This document shows, in pieces, positions 1-7,451 of a stretch of DNA of 43,521 nucleotides. Position numbers and translations under genes: made by a program. Position 1 is the stretch's first letter. Every line of letters begins with the position of its first letter. Location: positions 1 through 43,521 of the forward strand of contig CAYVAK010000001.1 in the NCBI GenBank assembly GCA_964448425.1. The letters are read 5' to 3'. The DNA comes from an uncultured Sangeribacter sp. GTDB lineage: Bacteria; Bacteroidota; Bacteroidia; Bacteroidales; Muribaculaceae. Under the pieces are notes generated by a model, which saw only the letters and a list, made by a program, of their open reading frames with translations, made no database searches and had not been told where the DNA came from.

Positions 1-36
1 CCTGTGAGCGTTGCGCTCATTTCCGTTTTGCGAGTG

Positions 37-68
37 CAAAGTTATAGCCTTTTTCCCATTCCACCAAA
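37..68 (-). promoter_or_regulatory. Bacteroidota sigma-A promoter firing out of the left edge of the window
   Basis: Reverse complement gives TTTG (65-68), a 20-nt spacer and TAACTTTG (37-44), matching the -33/-7 consensus. It is followed by CACTCGCAAAACGGAAA and the hairpin TGAGCG-caa-CGCTCA (5-19). Confidence 0.8.
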
Positions 69-181
69 TTTTCTCGCAACTTTTTTTCATTATTTTTTCT
101 CACCCCCTCGCAACACCCTGAAACCTACACCTTTACCAAACCAACTTTTTTTCGGGCTATTTGGAGGGCACAATCGGGAAA

Positions 182-862
182 TCAGAGCATGTCTATGAGC
201 TTTTGCATGCCCACGGTGGCTTTTTCTTTTATGATTGTGAGATTGGGGAGTGATATTTTGGCGGGATTGGGGTCTATATAATATATGGGAATGTCGGAGG
301 GGACGCAGTTAATTAGGGATGCAGCGGGATAGACCACGAGGCTTGTGCCGATGACCACGAATATGTCGGCTTGTGAGGAGAGCTGCATTGCGGGTGTGAA
401 ATTTGGCACAGCTTCGTTGAAGAATACGATGTGGGGGCGCATGAAGTCGCCATTCTGCCCTTTTGTTTCGGGGGTGGTGTCGATATTTGGGGGTGTGAGC
501 GTCTCGATGTAGTCGGGATTGCTTACAGAGCGTATTTTCATCAACTCGCCGTGGAGGTGGAGCACGTTTTTGCTTCCGGCACGTTCGTGAAGGTCGTCGA
601 CGTTTTGAGTAATGACTTGGACATCGTATCGGTCTTGGAGGGATGCGATGAGTTGGTGGGCGAGGTTAGGCTGCGCTGTAAGGAGTGCATGGCGGCGTTC
701 GTTGTAGAAGCGGTGGATGAGATCGGGGTCGGCACGGAATCCTTCGGCAGAGGCTACCTGCATTACCGGATATTGTTCCCATAGGCCGCCGGCGTCGCGG
801 AATGTTGAGATGCCGCTTTCGGCGCTAACACCGGCGCCGGTAGAAAATACTAATTTCTTCAT
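182..862 (-). CDS. cobB: NAD-dependent protein deacylase (Sir2 family, class III/CobB)
   Basis: Motifs TGAGVSAESGISTFR, ITQNVDDLHERAG, HLHG, RPHIVFF and GTSLVVYPAA. YxxR (YNERR) is typical of desuccinylases. Confidence 0.93.
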   Translation of the reverse strand: MKKLVFSTGAGVSAESGISTFRDAGGLWEQYPVMQVASAEGFRADPDLIHRFYNERRHALLTAQPNLAHQLIASLQDRYDVQVITQNVDDLHERAGSKNVLHLHGELMKIRSVSNPDYIETLTPPNIDTTPETKGQNGDFMRPHIVFFNEAVPNFTPAMQLSSQADIFVVIGTSLVVYPAASLINCVPSDIPIYYIDPNPAKISLPNLTIIKEKATVGMQKLIDML

Positions 863-1045
863 GGCGATATATATGAGTGTTAATAAATGCCCGGAACGGA
901 TGGCGGGCTATTCATGAGTTTATTCAGTTGTGGATGTGGTTGAGGAGAGGGTGAGCAAAAACAAATACAAGTTAGGCGGGCAGTTTGTTCGCCCTTCAAG
1001 TATTCTTATAATAATGGGGCGACTTATAGTGGCCGCCGGGGAGGG

Positions 1046-2530
1046 TCAGAATTGGAAGTAGATGAATGGTGCAATTTCGGCCGACATGTATGTGATTACG
1101 AGTTGCACCACCACGAGGAATATTATGAGTTTAAGAATCCAGGGGGATTTGATAAATTGGATTCTGGCTTTGTTGATGAATGAGGAGGGAAGGAAATGGC
1201 ATATGAAAAGGATAGCCATCATGATGCACCACTCCATGCGCACTTCAAAGAATTGCGAGAAGTATTGGAAGTGAAAGTCTTGGAATATGCTTTGGATGAT
1301 AGTGATGGCATCGGCAAATGAGGCTGCGCGGAAGAACACCCAGAGGAGGGCTACGAAAATGAATGTGATGAGCCAGAAGAGGAAGTTGGTAAATATGTTG
1401 GAGGGTATATGCTTGAGGAGCGGCTTGGAGGCTTTGTGGACAGCGAGTCCGGCGCCATGCATTGCTCCCCAGAACACGAATTTCCAGTTGGCGCCATGCC
1501 AAAGGCCACCTATGAGCATGGTGAGGAAGTTGTTGAGATATGTGCGGAATGTGCCTTTGCGGTTGCCACCGAGGGGGATATATAAGTAGTCGCGGAGCCA
1601 GGAAGAGAGGGATATGTGCCAACGGCGCCAAAATTCGGTAAGGTTTTGCGACTGGTAAGGGGAGTTGAAGTTAATGCCGAGTCGGAAACCCATCACCAGA
1701 GCGAGGCCGATGGCCATGTCGCTGTAGCCGGAGAAGTCGCAATATATTTGCATGGTGTAGCCCAGGACCCCCATGAGGGTTTGGACACCGTCGAAGGCTC
1801 CGGGGTTGTTGAAGATCATATCATTGAATTGGGCGATATAGTCGGCTATAATAGCTTTTTTCACCACGCCGATAATTATGAGCCACAGTCCGCTATAGAT
1901 TTGCACACCGGTGGCGGGGCGATTTTTGTAGAGCTGCGGCAGGAAATAGTCGGCACGCACAATGGGGCCGGCCACAAGGGCGGGGAAGAAAGAGAGAAAG
2001 AAGAGATAGTCAATCCAACGGCGAGTGGGGGCAAGGCGTTGTTTGTAGACGTCGACCACATAGCTGATAGACTGAAAGGTGTAGAATGAGATTCCTACGG
2101 GGAGAATTATGTCGAGAGGCTGGAAGTTAGATTGTATAATCTGCGACCAGTTCCAGAGGAAGAAGTTGGCGTATTTGAAATAGCCTAAAATGGAGAGGGA
2201 GATTACTATGGATAGCCACATCCATGCGAATTTGCCTTTCTTGGAGGCGGTGGCGGCGATTCTGTGGGAAATGAGCCAATCGAGCAGCGAGGTGCCGATT
2301 AGCATCAAGAAGAAGAATCCGCTTGATTTATAATAGAAATATAGGGAGAAGGCTACGACGAAGATAACCATCTGCCAACGATGCTTTTTGAGGATGGCAT
2401 AGATGGGCAGGAATACCAGGAATATGAGCCAGAAAAGACCGCTGGAGAAAAGCATAGGTGCTCCGGGGTCGAAGAGGAGCATTTTGCCTATGTTGGAGAG
2501 AGCGGTAGAAATGGTGTCGAAGATTTCCAT
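1046..2530 (-). CDS. MBOAT family O-acyltransferase (AlgI/DltB/PatA-like)
   Basis: Motifs LPVGISFYTFQSISY, FFPALVAGPI, IYCDFSGYSDMAIG, FWRRWHISLSSWLRDYLYIPLGG and GLWHGA. Polytopic membrane protein. ATG at 2530 preferred over GTG at 2545. Confidence 0.93.
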   Translation of the reverse strand: MEIFDTISTALSNIGKMLLFDPGAPMLFSSGLFWLIFLVFLPIYAILKKHRWQMVIFVVAFSLYFYYKSSGFFFLMLIGTSLLDWLISHRIAATASKKGKFAWMWLSIVISLSILGYFKYANFFLWNWSQIIQSNFQPLDIILPVGISFYTFQSISYVVDVYKQRLAPTRRWIDYLFFLSFFPALVAGPIVRADYFLPQLYKNRPATGVQIYSGLWLIIIGVVKKAIIADYIAQFNDMIFNNPGAFDGVQTLMGVLGYTMQIYCDFSGYSDMAIGLALVMGFRLGINFNSPYQSQNLTEFWRRWHISLSSWLRDYLYIPLGGNRKGTFRTYLNNFLTMLIGGLWHGANWKFVFWGAMHGAGLAVHKASKPLLKHIPSNIFTNFLFWLITFIFVALLWVFFRAASFADAITIIQSIFQDFHFQYFSQFFEVRMEWCIMMAILFICHFLPSSFINKARIQFIKSPWILKLIIFLVVVQLVITYMSAEIAPFIYFQF

Positions 2531-2573
2531 ATATAAGTAGGTCACACTCGAGGTGAGTGTGGAGTTAGGAGGG

Positions 2574-3371
2574 TCAATGTTTTGCTTTGAGGTAAATGAT
2601 ATTTGTGTCGGAGAGCTTGGCGTGGATGGAGTCGGCAGGGAAGTCGAGCTTTATGGGGTGAGCAGAATGGGGCATCCAGCGGGCAATGCTGTCGAACCAT
2701 ATGGCAGCGGCATCGCGAGTTGGGTGAATCTGGTCTTTCTTTCTGTCGAGCTTGATACCTTCCGAGCGGAAATAGGTGCCCGGGGCGGTGGTAGCCTGGA
2801 GCATATCGTTGATACCCTCATCAGGTTTCCAGTTGGGTGGGCCAATCCAAACGTAAGGTATGTCGCCTATTTTTTTGAGGATAGTCTCCACATATTCTTT
2901 ATATTTGTCGAGATTACGAATGTAGAGCTCGTTGCTACCCAGCGCCACAAAGATGAACGAGGGCTTAAACTCACGTATATATCGGTAGAGGGTATCGGTT
3001 TGGGCCCATATGCGAGTGCCTGAACTATCCCAGTTGATACTATGCACTTGATGACCGTTTTGCTTGGCATAGGCCGATAGCCTGAGCGCAAGGTTTTGAG
3101 TCATAGAGTCGCCGAATATTAAGATGCTTTGGGGGGTAGAGTCTACAGGATTTTCTTGGGGTTTGGCTTGCTCTTCCAGAAGGATTTTTGCCTCCTGCTG
3201 CTCTTTCTGCTTCTCTTCTTGAGTGAGATATTCACTTGTGAGGGCTGAGGCAATAGGCGCTTTTTTAAGTTTGAAGCCAAAGATATAAATGTCGTCGGCA
3301 AAAGATATGGCACAGACTATAACGAGCGCTATCGCAAGCAAGGACCATATGCCCAAATACTTTGATTTCAT
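2574..3371 (-). CDS. SGNH/GDSL hydrolase-fold O-acetyltransferase partner (PatB/AlgJ-like role inferred)
   Basis: N-terminal membrane anchor. SGNH blocks FGDSM, LGSNE and DQIHP (DxxH). Directly upstream of the MBOAT gene on the same strand. Confidence 0.8.
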   Translation of the reverse strand: MKSKYLGIWSLLAIALVIVCAISFADDIYIFGFKLKKAPIASALTSEYLTQEEKQKEQQEAKILLEEQAKPQENPVDSTPQSILIFGDSMTQNLALRLSAYAKQNGHQVHSINWDSSGTRIWAQTDTLYRYIREFKPSFIFVALGSNELYIRNLDKYKEYVETILKKIGDIPYVWIGPPNWKPDEGINDMLQATTAPGTYFRSEGIKLDRKKDQIHPTRDAAAIWFDSIARWMPHSAHPIKLDFPADSIHAKLSDTNIIYLKAKH

Positions 3372-3473
3372 AAAATAATAAAAATCAATAGATTAAATTA
3401 GTTAGCGGTGCAACAATCACCAATCGCCGACAGAAGGAAGAGGGATGACATGAGCCGGCGCGAAAATTGCCTA

Positions 3474-3505
3474 CAAAGGTAGATATTTTTTCGAGAAACA
3501 CCAAA
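3474..3505 (-). promoter_or_regulatory. Promoter for the SGNH-MBOAT operon
   Basis: Reverse complement TTTG (3502-3505), 20-nt spacer, TACCTTTG (3474-3481). Confidence 0.7.
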
Positions 3506-3745
3506 TGGGAAATTGAGGCTGATTTTTGGGGAAATTTGGCCCGAAATAGGAACGATTTTGAAGGGAAAATCGGAATTTCAGCCCGTCAAACCGACCAAAA
3601 GCGACGAAATTAAGGGTGAATGAGTATGGCATAAAGCAATTAAAGAAAGATTTCTTTATTAGCCACACATCTCTGATTATATGACATTTACAGACAGAAG
3701 CAACGACCCGGAGTGTAAATATGGGAGCATAAAAGCGTGAAAAAA

Positions 3746-3776
3746 TTTGATAATCGTAAAAATAGTTGTAACTTTG
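3746..3776 (+). promoter_or_regulatory. Promoter for the intergenic structured transcript
   Basis: TTTG (3746-3749), 19-nt spacer, TAACTTTG (3769-3776) followed by CA. Perfect Bacteroidota consensus with an A-rich spacer. Confidence 0.85.
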
Positions 3777-3862
3777 CACCGTGATTTGGTAACAGCCCCA
3801 ACGAGGGCAATAGTTAAAATAGCTCTGCCAAGCAGAGAGTGATTGTATAATTAAATTTTAGA

Positions 3863-3925
3863 ATGATGTTTAGATTTATGAAATTATTTGTACAGCGCTT
3901 TATAGAGCACACAGTGCTTGATTAA
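3863..3925 (+). CDS. Candidate 20-aa small peptide MMFRFMKLFVQRFIEHTVLD
   Basis: ATG..TAA read directly from the sequence. Preceded by AT-rich TAATTAAATTTTAGA, which resembles Bacteroidota translation-initiation regions. Translation unproven. Confidence 0.35.
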   Translation: MMFRFMKLFVQRFIEHTVLD

Positions 3926-4020
3926 AGCCCCTGTAAACCCAACTAAAGAGTATTAAGATTGGGAAATTAGTTAGTTAACTGCACACAGCGCAAGTGTGTG
4001 CCAATAATGATTCTGAGAAC

Positions 4021-4050
4021 AGCAGCGCAAAGAGCGTTGCTTTTATTTTT
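4021..4050 (+). terminator. Intrinsic terminator of the intergenic transcript
   Basis: AGCAGCGC-aaaga-GCGTTGCT stem (one G-U pair) followed by TTTATTTTT. Confidence 0.8.
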
Positions 4051-4264
4051 ATATACCCACAAGGACGAGCGCCCAAAGCGCGGCTCATTTCATACACGTT
4101 CACATATAAAGAGATAATGTGGAGGAGGCAGTGTCGCATCTTATTTGAGGATTTGACTCACGCACTCTCACTACGGAGAAAGGGTTAAAACGGTGCGACT
4201 GATTGGGGATATGGCACGGGCAGCTACAAGGCCGGTAGCGAGTGGAGGATGTAATCTATCCGAC

Positions 4265-4954
4265 TTAGATGTTTGGGTTGTCGAGGACTTTTAAGGTGCG
4301 GCCGGCGATGGTACAGGGGAAGGCGTAGCGAAGAAGGTCGGAGAAATTGGGGTCGCCTACGGGGTAGTATTTGGGGGTGCGCACGGTGGGGTATTTGTTG
4401 AAATAGGGGTCGAGGGTCATGTACCACTCTATTGATTTGAGATGGGGGCTTGAGAGGAAGGCATTGTTCAGCCGGAATATCGCGGTGGAGGCGGCTACTG
4501 TGACACAGGGGCCGTCGATGTCGTCCCAGTAGGTGACACAAAAATAGTGTGTCCTGAAACTATTGTCGGGCGTGAGCGAGCCTTCAGGGACTTCGACCGA
4601 TACTGAAATGTGGCGACCCGACACTTCGTTGATTTTATTCATATATCGGCAGAAGAGTTCGCCGTGGGCAGAGGTGTCTTGATAGTTGAAATATCTGATG
4701 TAATAGTGTATCATCTCGTGGATTAAAGTATCCTCGAGCACCTCTATGGGGAGGTCGTATCTGTCGGTGATTGCGATTAAGAAATCGCGATCCTCAAAAA
4801 CGCCGCGGGGCTTATAATAGCGTTTGGAACGAAACAGGCCTATCCGAGACTTTGAGTGGTTGATCTGCAAGTTGATAGGTGGGAGTTTATCGGCGAAATA
4901 TTGATGGTTGAATTGGCGAAATTTTTCTTTCAGGAACCCAATTGTCGGCTTCAT
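4265..4954 (-). CDS. SprT-like zinc metalloprotease domain protein
   Basis: FN..YF...LP start, HEMIH (HExxH) and downstream AHGELF motif typical of SprT-like domains, plus a C-terminal extension of about 110 aa. Confidence 0.82.
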   Translation of the reverse strand: MKPTIGFLKEKFRQFNHQYFADKLPPINLQINHSKSRIGLFRSKRYYKPRGVFEDRDFLIAITDRYDLPIEVLEDTLIHEMIHYYIRYFNYQDTSAHGELFCRYMNKINEVSGRHISVSVEVPEGSLTPDNSFRTHYFCVTYWDDIDGPCVTVAASTAIFRLNNAFLSSPHLKSIEWYMTLDPYFNKYPTVRTPKYYPVGDPNFSDLLRYAFPCTIAGRTLKVLDNPNI

Positions 4955-4974
4955 GCGTTGAGGTGTACGGTTAA

Positions 4975-7443
4975 TTAATTGAGTGTTACAACAGTGATTC
5001 CGGCACCGCCAAAGCGCACATCTTCATCGCGAAACGACTCTACGGTGTTGAGGGCTTGGAGCATTTGGCGTATGGCTTGTCGCAGAGCTCCGGTGCCGGT
5101 GCCATGAAGGATTCTTACCTGCGAGGCCGAGAATTGCACAGCGTCGTCGATGAAATATGTCACGGCTTGCAGAGCTTCGTCGACACGCATGCCCCTGACA
5201 TCAATCTCTTGCGAGAAATTTAGTTGTCGGTTGCGGCTGGCAGCAGAAGTAGAGGCGGCAATCGACTGTGTTTCGGATGCGATGCCGGGCTTCGGGGCGG
5301 AAGTCTTCTGCAACTTGTCGAGGGCAACAATAGTGCGGAGGGCACCGAAGGCCACTTCGGCTTTCTTGGCATCGACAGAGATGATTTTGCCCACACTGTT
5401 GCCCTGCTTCATTTTCACATAATCGCCCGGACCGAGCGGTGTAGCGGCAGCCGCAGCAGAGTCGGCCGGCGACGATTTCTGCTTGGCAGCTCGGCGGCTC
5501 TTGTGCTTAATCGGGGCTATACCGGCTATCTCGGAGTCGGATGCCTGGTCGGCCACCTTCTGTTTATAGTCGTTAAGTTGGCGGCGGAGCTCCTTGGTGC
5601 GTTCCTTCTCGGCCTGCGACTTTCTGATTTCCAGGATAGTATTTTCCAGAGCCGAGTTACTGTTGTCGAGAATCTCCTTAGCCTCCTTGCGAGCCTCTTT
5701 GAGGATTTCGGCCTTACGGGTGCGGAGCTCTGAGAGTTTGTCTTCATAGAGAGTGAGCAGCGAGTCGAGTTTATTTTCTTTCTCCTTGACCGACAGGCGT
5801 TTATTGCCCCAATATCGACGGTCGCGAGCAATATCTTGCATGAATTTGTCGACATCCACATAGTCGGTACCAACAATGGCTTTAGCCTCATTGATAATTG
5901 AGAGCGGGAGGCCCACAGTGTGAGCGATATCGAGGGCGAAAGAGCTGCCCGGACTACCTATGGAGAGTTGGAAAAGCGGTTGCATCTTCTGCCTATTGTA
6001 GAGCATCGCGCCGTTGATTAGGCCCGGAGTGGACTCGGCAAACGTCTTAAGATTCTGATAGTGAGTGGTGACAATGCCCATCACTTTGCGACGGTTGAGC
6101 TCGTCGAGGATGCTTTGAGCGAGCGCGCCACCAATCTGGGGCTCTGTGCCGGAGCCCATCTCATCAATAAGGATGAGGGTAGACTTTGAAGCGGCCCCTA
6201 GGAAGACCTTCATGTTTTTGAGGTGAGAGCTATAGGTAGAAAGGTCATTTTCAATAGATTGCTCATCGCCGATATCGATAAGCAGGTTTTTAAACACCGA
6301 GAAGTGAGAATTGGAATAGGCTGTGGGAAGGTAGCCGCATTGCAGCATATATTGCACTATACCTACCGTCTTGAGAGTCACCGACTTGCCGCCGGCATTA
6401 GGACCGGAGATAACCAAGATTCTATTTTCGGCGTTAAGGCGTATGTTAAGAGGCACCACCTCGCGGCCCTGCGCCTCAAGCGACAATTTGAGGATGGGGT
6501 GAACTGCGTTGTAGAAGTCGATGTCCGGGTTACGCTCCAAGATAGGCATCTGGCCATCAAACTGATTGGCTATCAAAGCCTTGGCACGGATAAAATCAAA
6601 CAGGCCGAGCAGCGAGTAAGAATTGAGCATTTGGGGGATAAAGGGGCGTATGGCGGCAGCTATTGCCACCAGGATGCGCACAATCTCGCGGTGCTCTTCA
6701 TTCTTAAGCTCGCGAAGGCGGTTGTTGGCTTCCACAACCTCAGCCGGCTCGATGAAAACCGTTTTGCCGGTGGCGCTCTCGTCGTGGACAATGCCCGAGA
6801 GGCGACGTTTCATCATGGCCGGAACCGGCACCACAAGTCTACCGTCGCGGATGGAGGGGGTAGTCTCCTTGTCGATGTAGCCCTCCCCTACCCCGCGCTC
6901 AATGACGCGACGCATGATTCCCGACATGGAATTGTTGACAGCAAACATGGAGCGGCGTATCTCCGCAAGCTGAGGCGACGCCGAATCTTTGATTTCGCCA
7001 TGGCGGTTCACAGCATCGTCAATTTGGCGAACCACTTCCGGGAATCGCTCCATGGGCATAAAAGCCTCAGCAAGAGAGGGATATATGTATTTATCGGTCG
7101 ACTCACCGGTGGCGGTAAAGAAGTCGCGCAAGCGGGAGATGGTCTCCAAGGAATTGCGAATTTTAAAGAGAGAAGCGGAGTCGATGTAGCTGCCTTCGGC
7201 TTTGAGCTGATTGAGCTTGGGAGTGACATCGTGTATATGATTGATTGGCAAGTCTTTGCCAGAACGAATAATGGAAAGCATCTCATTTACTCGTAGCAGG
7301 CGTTGCTTCACAGTGTCAAAGTCGGAAGAGAATGCCATCTCGGCACACCAAGTTCTACCGAGATTGCTAATACAATTATCGGCTGTGAGGGCACGAAGGG
7401 TAGCAAACCCGGTTTTATCTTCAAAATTATTGGGGTAAACCAT
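4975..7443 (-). CDS. mutS2: MutS2 family ATPase/endonuclease with C-terminal Smr domain
   Basis: GIVHDESATGKTVFIEP, Walker A SGPNAGGKS, DIGDEQSIENDLSTYSSHL, LIDEMGSGTEP, coiled coil, KOW-like segment and Smr (IDVRGMR...ILHGTGTGALR...GGAGITVV). Confidence 0.95.
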   Translation of the reverse strand: MVYPNNFEDKTGFATLRALTADNCISNLGRTWCAEMAFSSDFDTVKQRLLRVNEMLSIIRSGKDLPINHIHDVTPKLNQLKAEGSYIDSASLFKIRNSLETISRLRDFFTATGESTDKYIYPSLAEAFMPMERFPEVVRQIDDAVNRHGEIKDSASPQLAEIRRSMFAVNNSMSGIMRRVIERGVGEGYIDKETTPSIRDGRLVVPVPAMMKRRLSGIVHDESATGKTVFIEPAEVVEANNRLRELKNEEHREIVRILVAIAAAIRPFIPQMLNSYSLLGLFDFIRAKALIANQFDGQMPILERNPDIDFYNAVHPILKLSLEAQGREVVPLNIRLNAENRILVISGPNAGGKSVTLKTVGIVQYMLQCGYLPTAYSNSHFSVFKNLLIDIGDEQSIENDLSTYSSHLKNMKVFLGAASKSTLILIDEMGSGTEPQIGGALAQSILDELNRRKVMGIVTTHYQNLKTFAESTPGLINGAMLYNRQKMQPLFQLSIGSPGSSFALDIAHTVGLPLSIINEAKAIVGTDYVDVDKFMQDIARDRRYWGNKRLSVKEKENKLDSLLTLYEDKLSELRTRKAEILKEARKEAKEILDNSNSALENTILEIRKSQAEKERTKELRRQLNDYKQKVADQASDSEIAGIAPIKHKSRRAAKQKSSPADSAAAAATPLGPGDYVKMKQGNSVGKIISVDAKKAEVAFGALRTIVALDKLQKTSAPKPGIASETQSIAASTSAASRNRQLNFSQEIDVRGMRVDEALQAVTYFIDDAVQFSASQVRILHGTGTGALRQAIRQMLQALNTVESFRDEDVRFGGAGITVVTLN

Positions 7444-7451
7444 ACTTAAAT

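Larger units (their letters stand above)
3782..4050 (+). ncRNA. Putative ~270-nt structured small RNA (possibly dual-function with a smORF)
   Basis: Bounded by a consensus promoter and an intrinsic terminator, with no long ORF. Hairpins at 3795-3808, 3823-3837, 3906-3918, 3938-3963 and 3981-4001. Confidence 0.7.

Noticed and set aside
182-862. Sir2 as an anti-phage defence effector, likewise mazG at 26528-27319
   Set aside because: Both are canonical housekeeping forms (CobB class III; two-domain MazG) in core-gene context with no defence partners.
3471-4188. ORF-track ORFs 3471-3779 (-) and 3994-4188 (+)
   Set aside because: They run across promoter and terminator elements and have no protein-like features.
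6223-7296. 357-aa plus-strand ORF antisense to mutS2
   Set aside because: Shadow ORF opposite a well-supported gene, with no recognisable motifs. Codon bias in the real gene suppresses antisense stop codons.
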